From Acidobacteriota bacterium (lineage in GTDB: Bacteria > Acidobacteriota > Vicinamibacteria > Vicinamibacterales > UBA2999), in NCBI GenBank assembly GCA_016213695.1, contig JACQZV010000005.1, positions 9,775-73,774 of the forward strand: 64,000 bases of DNA, read 5' to 3'. The position numbers and the translations under genes are program-made. The notes beneath the pieces are model-generated. The model saw only the letters and a program-made list of their open reading frames with translations, searched no databases and was not told the origin of the DNA. This document shows positions 1-8,580 of the stretch, piece after piece; within the stretch, counting starts at the first letter, position 1, and every line of letters starts with the position of its first letter.

Positions 1-2086
1 GCCGGAGACCGAACCGCGCGAGGTGGCCGAGATTCTGGATCGCCATCCGTTTCTGCCGCCGCCGGTCGTGGACCTGTGCCGCTGGGTGGCCGAGTACTAC
101 GTGGCGGGCATCGGCGACGCGATTGGCGTGGCGATGCCGCCGGGGTCGCGCCGCGCCTCGAGCATCAGGACCCAGCGCGTTGTAGCGGCCACGGCGCACG
201 GTCTGGCCGCTCTGGAGGCCGACTCTGCGACGCGCCAGGCTCCTCCTGATCACCCGGGCCCGACCCCGCGGCAACGGGCCGTCCTTGAGATGCTCGCTGG
301 AGCCCCAGCCGGACTCTCGACCTCGGCTCTGCGCGAGCGCGGGGTGAGCGCCGACGTGGTCCGCCGTCTCGCGGCACGGGGACTTGCCGCGACCCGTGAA
401 GAAGCGACCGAGCGCGATCCGTTTGCGCAGGCCGCCCTGGCCGACCTCACCCACGACCCCGCGCGCGAGCTGACCGGCGAGCAGGTGGCCGCGGTGGCGA
501 CGCTGACGGCGCTGGCTGATGCGCAGCAGTTCCGTGTCGCGCTGCTGCACGGCGTCACGGGCAGCGGAAAGACCGAGATCTACCTGCGGCTGGCGCAGCA
601 CGTCGTCGGTCAGCGGCGCCAGGTTCTGCTGCTCGTCCCTGAGATCGCGCTGACGCCGTCGGCGGCCGCGCTCTTCCGCTCGGCGTTCGGCGCGCGCGTG
701 GCGATCCAGCACAGCGCCCTCTCGGATGGTGAGCGGCACGACCAGTGGCAGCGCATCCATCGCGGCGACGTGGACGTGGTCGTGGGCACGCGGTCGGCGG
801 TCTTTGCTCCGCTGGCGACGCCGGGCCTCATCATCGTGGACGAGGAGCACGACACCTCCTACAAGCAGGATGAGACCCCGCGGTATCACGGGCGCGACGT
901 GGCCGTCGTGCGGGGACGGTCGGCCGGGGCGCTGGTCGTCCTCGGGTCGGCCACCCCGTCCCTGGAGACGTATGCCAACGCCGTCGCCGGCCGGTACACG
1001 CACATCGCCCTTGAACGACGGGTGCTCGACCGGCCGCTCGCGTCGGTGCGCCTCGTCAACATGCGCGAGGAGTACGCGGACGAGGGCCCCGATGTCGTGA
1101 TCAGCCGGCCGCTGGCCGCGGCCATCGAGGAGAGGCTGGCCCGGCGGGAGCAGGTGCTCGTGCTGCTGAACCGGCGTGGCTACGCCACCGCGGTGTTCTG
1201 CCGGCAGTGCGGCGACACGTTCGAGTGCCCGAACTGCAGCGTGTCGCTCACGGTGCACCGGCGCCGCGGCGGCTGGACCGCGCGCTGCCACTACTGCAAC
1301 TACTCGATGGCGGTTCCGAAGACCTGCCGGAAATGCGCCGCGCCGTATCTCGAGCACGCCGGCTTCGGCACCGAACGCATCGAGCAGCAGTTGGTGGAGC
1401 GCTTTCCGGGCGCGCGCATCCGGCGCGTGGACCGCGACGCCGTGAGGCGCAAGGGCGCCTTGACGAGCGTGCTGTCCAGGTTTGCGGCCGGCGACATCGA
1501 CGTCCTGGTCGGCACGCAGATGATCGCCAAGGGGCACGACTTCCCCCGGGTGACGCTGGTCGGCGTGATTTCCGCCGACGTCGGCCTTGGCCTCGCCGAT
1601 TTCCGCGCGGCCGAGCGTACGTTCCAGTTGCTCACGCAGGTGGCCGGGCGCGCCGGACGCGGCGAGCGGACCGGAGAAGCCATCGTGCAGACGCTCTATC
1701 CCGAGCACTACAGCATCCAGGTAGCCTGCCGGCAGGACTATCCCGCGTTCTACGAGCGCGAGCTCGTGTACCGGCGCAGCATGCGCTATCCGCCCGCGGT
1801 CGCGCTCATCAGCGCGCTCGTCCGGGGGCGGACCTTCGATCAGGCCATGCACACCGCCGCAGCGCTCGTTCGGCGGCTGGAGCCGGCCGCCGGACGGGTG
1901 CCGTTCACGTTGCTCGGGCCGGCCCCGGCGCCGCTGGCGCGCCTGCGCGGCGAGCACCGCGTGCAGTTCTTTCTGAAGGGCACCCGCCGGGTCGCCATGC
2001 GCGAGGCCGTGCGAGATGCGCTCGCGGAGATGCCGGAGGCGCGGAAGAGGGTGACGGTCGACGTCGACCCGCTGAACGTGCTCTAG
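1..2086 (+). CDS. priA: Primosomal protein N' (PriA replication-restart helicase), 5'-truncated by window edge
   Basis: The frame is open from base 2, with no stop upstream of the Met at 23. Walker A GVTGSGKTE, DEEH box IIVDEEHD, and the Cys-rich zinc insert CRQCGDTFECPNCSVSLTVH..CHYCNY..CRKC are typical of PriA. Confidence 0.88.
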   Translation, partial: PETEPREVAEILDRHPFLPPPVVDLCRWVAEYYVAGIGDAIGVAMPPGSRRASSIRTQRVVAATAHGLAALEADSATRQAPPDHPGPTPRQRAVLEMLAGAPAGLSTSALRERGVSADVVRRLAARGLAATREEATERDPFAQAALADLTHDPARELTGEQVAAVATLTALADAQQFRVALLHGVTGSGKTEIYLRLAQHVVGQRRQVLLLVPEIALTPSAAALFRSAFGARVAIQHSALSDGERHDQWQRIHRGDVDVVVGTRSAVFAPLATPGLIIVDEEHDTSYKQDETPRYHGRDVAVVRGRSAGALVVLGSATPSLETYANAVAGRYTHIALERRVLDRPLASVRLVNMREEYADEGPDVVISRPLAAAIEERLARREQVLVLLNRRGYATAVFCRQCGDTFECPNCSVSLTVHRRRGGWTARCHYCNYSMAVPKTCRKCAAPYLEHAGFGTERIEQQLVERFPGARIRRVDRDAVRRKGALTSVLSRFAAGDIDVLVGTQMIAKGHDFPRVTLVGVISADVGLGLADFRAAERTFQLLTQVAGRAGRGERTGEAIVQTLYPEHYSIQVACRQDYPAFYERELVYRRSMRYPPAVALISALVRGRTFDQAMHTAAALVRRLEPAAGRVPFTLLGPAPAPLARLRGEHRVQFFLKGTRRVAMREAVRDALAEMPEARKRVTVDVDPLNVL

Positions 2087-3000
2087 GGGCGAGCCACGAT
2101 GTCGAACGGCTCGATGGGGGCAGGCGTGAAACAGAGGATGAACATCACGAGCGCGAAGACGGCCAGCCACCGGCGTCCGGGATCGAGCGGGACGTTTTCG
2201 TCGAGCGTGCGGGGATGCCGCGGGCCGAATGCGAGCAGCATGACCACCGTCAGCACCGTCCAGACGAGCCACGACATGGACAGGAAGGTGAGACCGATGA
2301 GCCCAGCGACCGTGCCGAACGTCACCAGCGTGCTCCGGCGTCCGAGCACGGCATACGAGATGTGGCCACCGTCGAGCTGCCCGATCGGAAACAGGTTGAG
2401 CGCGGTCGCCAGCAGCCCGAACCACGCGGCAAAGGCCATCGGGTGCATGTTGATCGAATAGCCGTCCGGCGGCGTCCCCCAGAAGAGCCACGCGACGGCT
2501 TTGAACAGGAGCGGCTCGCCCAGCTCGACAAACCCGGTCGTATCGGGCGGCAGCGGCGTCACGCGCGACAGGCTCATCCCGGCGAGCAGCACCGGAATCG
2601 CCACGAGGAAGCCGGCGATGGGTCCCGCGATGCCGATGTCGAACAGCGCCTGCTTGCTCGGAATCATCTGTCGGATGCGGATGAAGGCGCCAAGCGTCCC
2701 GGTGAGCGGCAAGGGAGCCGGCAGAAAGTACGGCAGCGACGCGTCAACGCCGTAGTACTTGCACGCGAAGTAATGGCCGAATTCGTGCGCGCCAAGGATG
2801 GCGAGGATCGACGCGCTGTACCAGAGCCCGTTCAGGACGAACGCCGTCCCGGACAGATCCACGGGACGACTGCCGAAATCGAGGTGGAAGCTGGCGTAGT
2901 GTTCCGCCCCGACAAGGACGGTCGACACGACCGTCAGCAGAAACAGGACGATGTGGCGCCAGGGGCGGCGGCGGGGAGGGGGATCGAACGGAAAGCCCAT
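2083..3000 (-). CDS. M50 family (site-2 protease-like) membrane zinc metalloprotease
   Basis: HExxH motif HEFGHYF sits inside a multi-TM hydrophobic protein. Its stop overlaps the priA stop on the opposite strand (CTAG at 2083-2086). Confidence 0.8.
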   Translation of the reverse strand: MGFPFDPPPRRRPWRHIVLFLLTVVSTVLVGAEHYASFHLDFGSRPVDLSGTAFVLNGLWYSASILAILGAHEFGHYFACKYYGVDASLPYFLPAPLPLTGTLGAFIRIRQMIPSKQALFDIGIAGPIAGFLVAIPVLLAGMSLSRVTPLPPDTTGFVELGEPLLFKAVAWLFWGTPPDGYSINMHPMAFAAWFGLLATALNLFPIGQLDGGHISYAVLGRRSTLVTFGTVAGLIGLTFLSMSWLVWTVLTVVMLLAFGPRHPRTLDENVPLDPGRRWLAVFALVMFILCFTPAPIEPFDIVARP

Positions 3001-3009
3001 GCGGGCCGG

Positions 3010-3279
3010 TTACCCGATATTCTGGAGCTCTTTGCCGGGCTTGAAGCGGATGGTCCGCCCCGGCGGGATGCGGACTTCCTTGCCAGTCCGCGGGTTACGG
3101 CCGATTCCACGCTTCCGGGGCTTCACCTGAAACACGCCAAAGCCGCGGAGCTCGATGCGGTCGCCCCGCTGCATGGACAGGCGCATCGCGTCGAAGACGG
3201 CATCGACCGCCAGCTCGGCTTTCACCTTGGTGATGTCGGCGAGCTTTGAGACCTCGTTCACGATATCGACCTTGATCAT
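3010..3279 (-). CDS. HU/IHF family DNA-binding protein
   Basis: The 90-aa product starts at the internal ATG at 3279 (MIKVDIVNEV..). The beta-arm motif GFGVFQVKPRKRGIGRNPRTGKEVRIPPGRTIRFKPG is characteristic of HU/IHF. The ORF-track start at 3330 adds 17 unlikely residues. Confidence 0.8.
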   Translation of the reverse strand: MIKVDIVNEVSKLADITKVKAELAVDAVFDAMRLSMQRGDRIELRGFGVFQVKPRKRGIGRNPRTGKEVRIPPGRTIRFKPGKELQNIG

Positions 3280-3342
3280 GTCGGGGGAATCCTGGGCGGA
3301 AAAACTGTAACCACTATAGAAAAGAATCACTTACGCTGTCAA

Positions 3343-4770
3343 ATGCCAGTACGGACCCCTCATCCCGCCCCTCGTCGCCGCCGGCTGCGGTCGGTTGTCC
3401 TAGTGGGACGCCCCAATGTCGGGAAATCGACGCTCTTCAACCGGCTGACCGGCGCCAGGCGGGCAATCGTCACCAGCGTGCCGGGGACGACACGTGACGT
3501 GATTGCACAGCCGGCCGAGTGGCGGGGCCGACGCTTCGAGCTCGTCGACACGGGGGGCATGTTCGGGGCGAGCGCCGACCCGCTGCACGCCCTGGTGCTC
3601 GAGCGTGGACGCCGCGCCATCGGGGCCGCCGATCTGCTCGTGCTCGTAGTCGATGGGCGCGAGGGGCTCGTGCCGGGCGACCGCGAAATCGCAAAGGTGG
3701 CTCGCGAGGCGGACACGCCGGTCATCGTGGCCGTCAACAAGTGCGACGATCGCCGCGCGCAATCGGGTCTGCTGGAGTTTCCTCAGCTCGGCTTCGATCC
3801 TGTGATCGAGGTGTCCGGCGAGCACGGCCAGGGCAGCGGCGATCTCCTCGACGCGATTGTCGACACGCTTGGCCTCCAGCCCGCGCGCGCGGATGCGGAG
3901 GAGGACGACAAAGACGACAGGGAAGATGACGAGGAGCACGGCCGCGCCGCGACAGGGGAGGTGGGCGTGGCCATCGTGGGGCGGCCCAACGCCGGGAAGT
4001 CGTCGCTCGTGAACCGGCTGCTTCGCGAGGAACGGATGATCGTCAGCGAGATGCCCGGCACGACCCGCGACGTGGTGGACACGAGCCTCACCTGGCACCG
4101 CCGGCAGTTTCGCATCATCGACACCGCGGGGATGCGCCGGCCCGGCAGAGTGGCGAGTTCCGGTCAGGTGGAGTCGGTCAGCGTGCTGCTGTCGCGGCGC
4201 GCCATGCAGGGGGCCGACGTGGCCGTGATCATGATCGACGCCACCGAAGGCGCCTCCGATCAGGACGCGGCGATTGCTGGCGAAGCCGAGGCGGCGGGCT
4301 GCGGCATCATCGTCGCGGTGAACAAGTGGGATCTGATGAAAGAGCGCGGCCCGGACTTCGCGACCGAATTTGACGAGACGCTGCGGCGGCAGTTGAAGTT
4401 CCTCGACTTCGCGCCCGTGCTCCACATCTCGGCGGTCACCGGGGAGCGGACGCCGCGGCTGCTTGAAACGATCGACCGGGTGGCCGCTGCGCGGACGCTG
4501 CGCGTGAAGACGCCCGAACTGAACGCCTTCATCCGCACCGTCGCCGCCCGGCACCCCCCGCCGAGCCACGGCCGCACGGAGACGCGCATTCTCTACGCGG
4601 TGCAGACCGGCATCGCCCCGCCGACCTTCGTGCTGTTCACCAACGTCGCGGCCGAGTTCCACTTCTCGTACAAGCGATTTCTGGTGAATCAGCTCCGGCA
4701 GGCGTTCGGGTTCGCGGGGTCGCCCATCCGTCTGAACGTGCGGCGCCGCCGTCACCGGCGGCGTGTGTAG
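3343..4770 (+). CDS. der: Ribosome-associated GTPase Der/EngA
   Basis: Two tandem GTPase domains are present. Motifs are P-loops GRPNVGKST and GRPNAGKSS, DTGG/DTAG, and NKCD/NKWD, followed by a C-terminal KH-like tail. Confidence 0.92.
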   Translation: MPVRTPHPAPRRRRLRSVVLVGRPNVGKSTLFNRLTGARRAIVTSVPGTTRDVIAQPAEWRGRRFELVDTGGMFGASADPLHALVLERGRRAIGAADLLVLVVDGREGLVPGDREIAKVAREADTPVIVAVNKCDDRRAQSGLLEFPQLGFDPVIEVSGEHGQGSGDLLDAIVDTLGLQPARADAEEDDKDDREDDEEHGRAATGEVGVAIVGRPNAGKSSLVNRLLREERMIVSEMPGTTRDVVDTSLTWHRRQFRIIDTAGMRRPGRVASSGQVESVSVLLSRRAMQGADVAVIMIDATEGASDQDAAIAGEAEAAGCGIIVAVNKWDLMKERGPDFATEFDETLRRQLKFLDFAPVLHISAVTGERTPRLLETIDRVAAARTLRVKTPELNAFIRTVAARHPPPSHGRTETRILYAVQTGIAPPTFVLFTNVAAEFHFSYKRFLVNQLRQAFGFAGSPIRLNVRRRRHRRRV

Positions 4771-4819
4771 CACGGGGCGCCAGAGGGACTGGACAGCGCC
4801 GGACTGTTATACTTGCGCC

Positions 4820-5368
4820 GTGACTCCAAAGCTGTACAAGGCTTCGGACGTCTGCCAGGCCACCGGGCTGCAGCCCTATGTGCTCCGGTCGTGGGAAAAG
4901 GAATTTCCCGGCATCGGAGTACAGAAATCGGCCGATTCGCCGCGCCTGTACCGCCAGTCCGACCTGGACCAGGTGCTGCGGATCAGGCAGCTGGTGTTCG
5001 AGCAGGGGCTGACGCTCGCCGGCGCCCGGCGCCGGCTGGACGAGGAGCAGCCGCGGGCGGTGGAGGCTGCCGAGGCGGAGATCGCCGAGGTCCTCGATAC
5101 GCTGGGCGCCGACGTGCGATCGCGGATCGACCTGGTACGGACCGGCCTGCGCTCGATTCTCGACGTGCTGTCGCAGCGCGCAGGCGCGGCGACGCTGGCC
5201 GAGCTGTCGCGAAAGGGGACCGCTCGTGGCGGGGGGGCGCATGCGAGTCGATCGGCTGGCCGCTCGGCGGTCAAACGGACGGTGGCGGTCAAACGGACGG
5301 TGGCCGCGAAGCGGGCCGCCGTCGGGCGGAAGGCAAAGAACGGCAAACGGAAGCGCGTAAGCGCATGA
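4820..5368 (+). CDS. MerR family transcriptional regulator with basic C-terminal tail
   Basis: MerR-type N-terminal HTH (YKASDVCQATGLQPYVLRSWEKEFPGI..RLYRQSDLDQVLRIRQLV). The start is proposed at GTG 4820; the ORF-track start at 4763 adds non-homologous residues. The Lys/Arg-rich tail contains a tandem duplication. Confidence 0.7.
   Translation: MTPKLYKASDVCQATGLQPYVLRSWEKEFPGIGVQKSADSPRLYRQSDLDQVLRIRQLVFEQGLTLAGARRRLDEEQPRAVEAAEAEIAEVLDTLGADVRSRIDLVRTGLRSILDVLSQRAGAATLAELSRKGTARGGGAHASRSAGRSAVKRTVAVKRTVAAKRAAVGRKAKNGKRKRVSA
5266..5301 (+). repeat. Perfect 18-bp tandem duplication inside the MerR-family gene tail
   Basis: GGCGGTCAAACGGACGGT occurs twice back to back (5266-5283 and 5284-5301), encoding AVKRTV-AVKRTV. 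Confidence 0.85.
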
Positions 5369-5369
5369 A

Positions 5370-5446
<77 letters not shown>

Positions 5447-5544
5447 ATTGACGGCAACCACCGGCCTGACCGCCTCGGCGATCAGGCCGGTGTTGTGTAC
5501 GCGCGGTCGCCACTGGCTGAGAGGTCTCGGGTATATTTCCCGTC

Positions 5545-6858
5545 ATGAACACACCGCATCGGATGGCGCGCCTGGCCCTGACGGTTGCCGCGGTCCTCGG
5601 AGTCACGCTCGCCCCGGCCTCGGCGGCCACCTTCGTCGTCGATCAGGATGGACAGGCCAGCGCCACAGACTGTGGCGCGACCCAGACGGCGTTGCCCTCG
5701 ATCGGCGCCGCGGTTGCCGCGGCAGGCGACGGCGACACGGTCGTGGTCTGTCCCGGGACGACGCCGTACAACGAGCAGCTGGTGATCAACAAAGCGCTGA
5801 CGATTCGGGGCTTTGCACAGACGCAGGTGGTCATCCGGCCGAGCCCGATGTTCCCGAACTCCACGAGTGCCTTCAGCGGCGCGCCGATTGCCGCCGTCAT
5901 CGTCGTCGGCGATACCACGGCGACGCTGAGCCAGTTGATTGTCGACGCAGGTGGCGCGGACTTGCCGTCGACCGACTGCAGTGGCCCGAACCTGGTTGGC
6001 ATCTTCTATCGCAATGCCTCCGGGGTCGTCAGCGACTCGGTCGTGCGGAATGTGCGGCTGCCGGCGGGGCTGGAGGGATGCCAGGCGGGACTGGGGATCT
6101 TCGCGCAGAGCGGCGGCGGTGGCGGTTCCGTCGTGCAGGTGGACGGCGTGAGCGTGCGCGACTACCAGAAGAACGGCATCGTCGGCAACGAAGCGGGGAC
6201 GACGATCCAGGTGAGCAACTCGCTGATCACGGGCAATCCCGCGGCGAACGTGAGCGTCCAGAACGGCCTGCAGATTGGCTTTGGCGCGACGGGCACCATC
6301 ATCGCCAACCGGATTGTCGACCAGATCTACCTGCCATGCACGTTCCCCTACACGCCGGGCGGCGGGTGTGACACGGGTGCGTCGCTCGGTATTCTGGTCT
6401 TCGACGCCGCTATCGACGTGGCGATTTATGACAATGTCATCGCCAACACCCAGGCTGGCATCTACATCGGCGGTGGGATTATCGCGAGCGGGAGCAACAG
6501 GGCGGATCTGTCCGGGAACACCGTCGATGCGACGAGCGTCTTCGACGGCATCGTCATCGTCGGCGACGCGCATAGCGTCAGCCGGAATACGATCACGCGC
6601 GCTGATGGGACGGGCATCTTCCTGAGCGGAAACGACAACCGTGTCACGTCCAACCGGATCCAGGAGACCGCCGTTGGGATCTGGAGCTACAGCGGGACGG
6701 GGAATCTCTATCCGATCTCCGGTGCCCGCGCGAACACGCTCTTCAACGTCGAGACGCCGGCGCTCGGCTCCGCCGCGTTGAGTGCCGAGTCAGCGCGATC
6801 GCGATCGGGCGCCAGCCGCGCGGCATCGAGGACTGTGGCGACGCCGAGGCGCTACTGA
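5545..6858 (+). CDS. Secreted right-handed parallel beta-helix repeat protein
   Basis: Signal peptide (..VTLAPASA). Repeated beta-helix rungs include NGIVGNEAGTTIQVSNSLITGN, GIYIGGGIIASGSNRADLSGNTV, GIVIVGDAHSVSRNTI and GIFLSGNDNRVTSNRI. Confidence 0.6.
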   Translation: MNTPHRMARLALTVAAVLGVTLAPASAATFVVDQDGQASATDCGATQTALPSIGAAVAAAGDGDTVVVCPGTTPYNEQLVINKALTIRGFAQTQVVIRPSPMFPNSTSAFSGAPIAAVIVVGDTTATLSQLIVDAGGADLPSTDCSGPNLVGIFYRNASGVVSDSVVRNVRLPAGLEGCQAGLGIFAQSGGGGGSVVQVDGVSVRDYQKNGIVGNEAGTTIQVSNSLITGNPAANVSVQNGLQIGFGATGTIIANRIVDQIYLPCTFPYTPGGGCDTGASLGILVFDAAIDVAIYDNVIANTQAGIYIGGGIIASGSNRADLSGNTVDATSVFDGIVIVGDAHSVSRNTITRADGTGIFLSGNDNRVTSNRIQETAVGIWSYSGTGNLYPISGARANTLFNVETPALGSAALSAESARSRSGASRAASRTVATPRRY

Positions 6859-6937
6859 TCGACGGGCTCCGGAGCCTCGCGCGTGGAGCGTCGGCGACAG
6901 GGCGCAGGCCGATGCGAATCGGATATCATGTCGAGCC

Positions 6938-7969
6938 ATGTTGAAGAAGGCGCTGTCGGGTGTCGTCGTGGCGGTGTGCGCCGTGGCGATGACACAGGCG
7001 CAGGGCGGACGCCAGGGCGGCGGACGCGGCGCCGCGCAGGAGGACCGGTTCCCGACGCCGCAGCAGTTCGCGGCCTCGACGCAGGCGCAGCGGCATGTAG
7101 CCGCCGCCATGAAGATCGCGCGCACCGATCTCGTGGCGGAGGCGAAGGCGTTCTGCACGCCGACGGGCCCGCAGCGCCCGGCGCTCGCGCGGCAGGCACA
7201 GGGACTGCCGGCCGAGCCGGATCGCCTGCTCGAGCCGATCAAGATCTTCGACAACCTGTACTACTTCGGGTTCAGCGACGTCGGCGCGTGGGCGATTCCC
7301 ACCAGCGCCGGGATCATCCTTTTCGACACGCTCAATAACGGAGACGAGGCGCGCGACGTGCTCGTCGGCGGTCTCAGAAAAGTGGGACTGGACCCGGCGC
7401 AGATCAAGTATGTGATCGTCGGGCATGGGCACAACGACCACACCGGCGGCGGCGTCTACCTCCAGAATGCGTTCAAGCCGCGCGTGCTGATGGGAGCCCC
7501 CGACTGGGACACCACGCTGAGGAACGCGCGGCCGGACAGGCCCGCGATGATGCGCGACTCCGACGTCACCGACGGCCAGACAGTGACGCTCGGCGATACC
7601 ACGGTGACGTTGATGCTGACGCCCGGGCATACCCCCGGCACGATTGCCATGCTGATGCCGGCCAGGTTCCGCGGACGGACGCACACCGCGCTGATGCTGA
7701 GCGGCACGCAGATGCCCACACCGCAGTCGCTCGGCGCGTTCGAGCACGTGTTCAACGATGTGGCGAAGAAGCAGCGGGCGGAAACGGCGCTTGGCGGGCA
7801 CCCCGACATCCTGATCAACACGCTGCCGGCAATGGAGGCGCTGGGCCGGCAGTATCCGACCGGCGCGCATCCCTTTCTCTACCCTCCGGAGCGCTTTGGC
7901 CGGTACCTCGACATCGTGCTGGAGTGCGGCAGGGCCCGTCTGGCGGCGATGGAGTCCGGAACGTTCTGA
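6938..7969 (+). CDS. Secreted MBL-fold metallo-hydrolase (subclass B3 beta-lactamase-like)
   Basis: Start at ATG 6938 gives signal peptide MLKKALSGVVVAVCAVAMTQAQG. Motifs are HxHxDH (GHGHNDHTGG) and the downstream TPGHTPG. Confidence 0.8.
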   Translation: MLKKALSGVVVAVCAVAMTQAQGGRQGGGRGAAQEDRFPTPQQFAASTQAQRHVAAAMKIARTDLVAEAKAFCTPTGPQRPALARQAQGLPAEPDRLLEPIKIFDNLYYFGFSDVGAWAIPTSAGIILFDTLNNGDEARDVLVGGLRKVGLDPAQIKYVIVGHGHNDHTGGGVYLQNAFKPRVLMGAPDWDTTLRNARPDRPAMMRDSDVTDGQTVTLGDTTVTLMLTPGHTPGTIAMLMPARFRGRTHTALMLSGTQMPTPQSLGAFEHVFNDVAKKQRAETALGGHPDILINTLPAMEALGRQYPTGAHPFLYPPERFGRYLDIVLECGRARLAAMESGTF

Positions 7970-7970
7970 C

Positions 7971-8336
7971 GTGCGCTACCTGGTGACGGCGCGCGTGAAG
8001 CCCGGCCGGCACGCCGCGCTCCGGCGCGCCGTCGATGCCGGGTCGCTCGGCGCCGGCTCCGTCGCGGGCGACGAGTACCTCCACGACATGGCGCGGGCGC
8101 GCCAGCTGGTGGACGGCCGTGTCAGGTGGGTCGAGACATGCTTCTGCCAGACGCCGCTGGCGGAGGAGCGGCCGTACTGGGAGGCGTACTTCGATCTCCT
8201 GCAGGTCAAGGACGCCCACGCGCGCAGCCGCTGCCGTGACGCCAGCGGCACCGAGCCGTGGGCGTGCTGCGGATGCGACTGCACCGAGCGGCTGGACCGA
8301 TGGCTCGAGAAGCAGGGGAAGCCGTTCTCGGTGTAA
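7971..8336 (+). CDS. Small Cys-rich hypothetical protein
   Basis: GTG start at 7971, 1 nt after the MBL stop, gives (M)RYLVTARVKPG.. The C-terminal half carries CFC and CCGCDC clusters. I do not recognise a family. Confidence 0.5.
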   Translation: MRYLVTARVKPGRHAALRRAVDAGSLGAGSVAGDEYLHDMARARQLVDGRVRWVETCFCQTPLAEERPYWEAYFDLLQVKDAHARSRCRDASGTEPWACCGCDCTERLDRWLEKQGKPFSV

Positions 8337-8347
8337 ATTAGAGTGAC

Positions 8348-8569
8348 GTGCTGATCCCGGCCCTCGTCGTCGCCGCGCTCCTCCTCGGCGAGCATCCCGC
8401 TTTTGCCTACGTCGATCCCGGAACGGGAAGCCTGCTGTATCAGACCGCACTGACGGTTCTCCTCGGTCTGGGCCTCGTCCTGCGACGGGTCCGCGCTTCG
8501 ATCGCCACGTTCGTCAGGCGCCTGGGCGGACGCGGGCCTTCACAGGGCGCCGATACCAAAGTCAGCTGA
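8348..8569 (+). CDS. Small membrane protein (hypothetical)
   Basis: 73 aa with two hydrophobic segments flanking a YVDPGTGS motif, in an operon-like position ahead of the sulfatase-like gene. Confidence 0.4.
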   Translation: MLIPALVVAALLLGEHPAFAYVDPGTGSLLYQTALTVLLGLGLVLRRVRASIATFVRRLGGRGPSQGADTKVS

Positions 8570-8580
8570 ATCCAGGCAGC

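Noticed and set aside
1207-3249. A 680-aa plus-strand ORF overlapping priA, the M50 protease and the HU/IHF gene.
   Set aside because: It is out of frame with or antisense to three genes that carry clear catalytic motifs. The composition is dominated by Arg, Gly, Ala and Pro. It is a shadow ORF.
6782-6937. An upstream extension of the MBL gene. Equivalent extensions occur at 17472, 19502, 25599, 32885, 34078, 35300, 35880, 36997, 43449 and 44904.
   Set aside because: In each case an internal ATG preceded by a GGAG-type site yields a canonical signal peptide. The upstream part overlaps the preceding gene or is Arg-rich.
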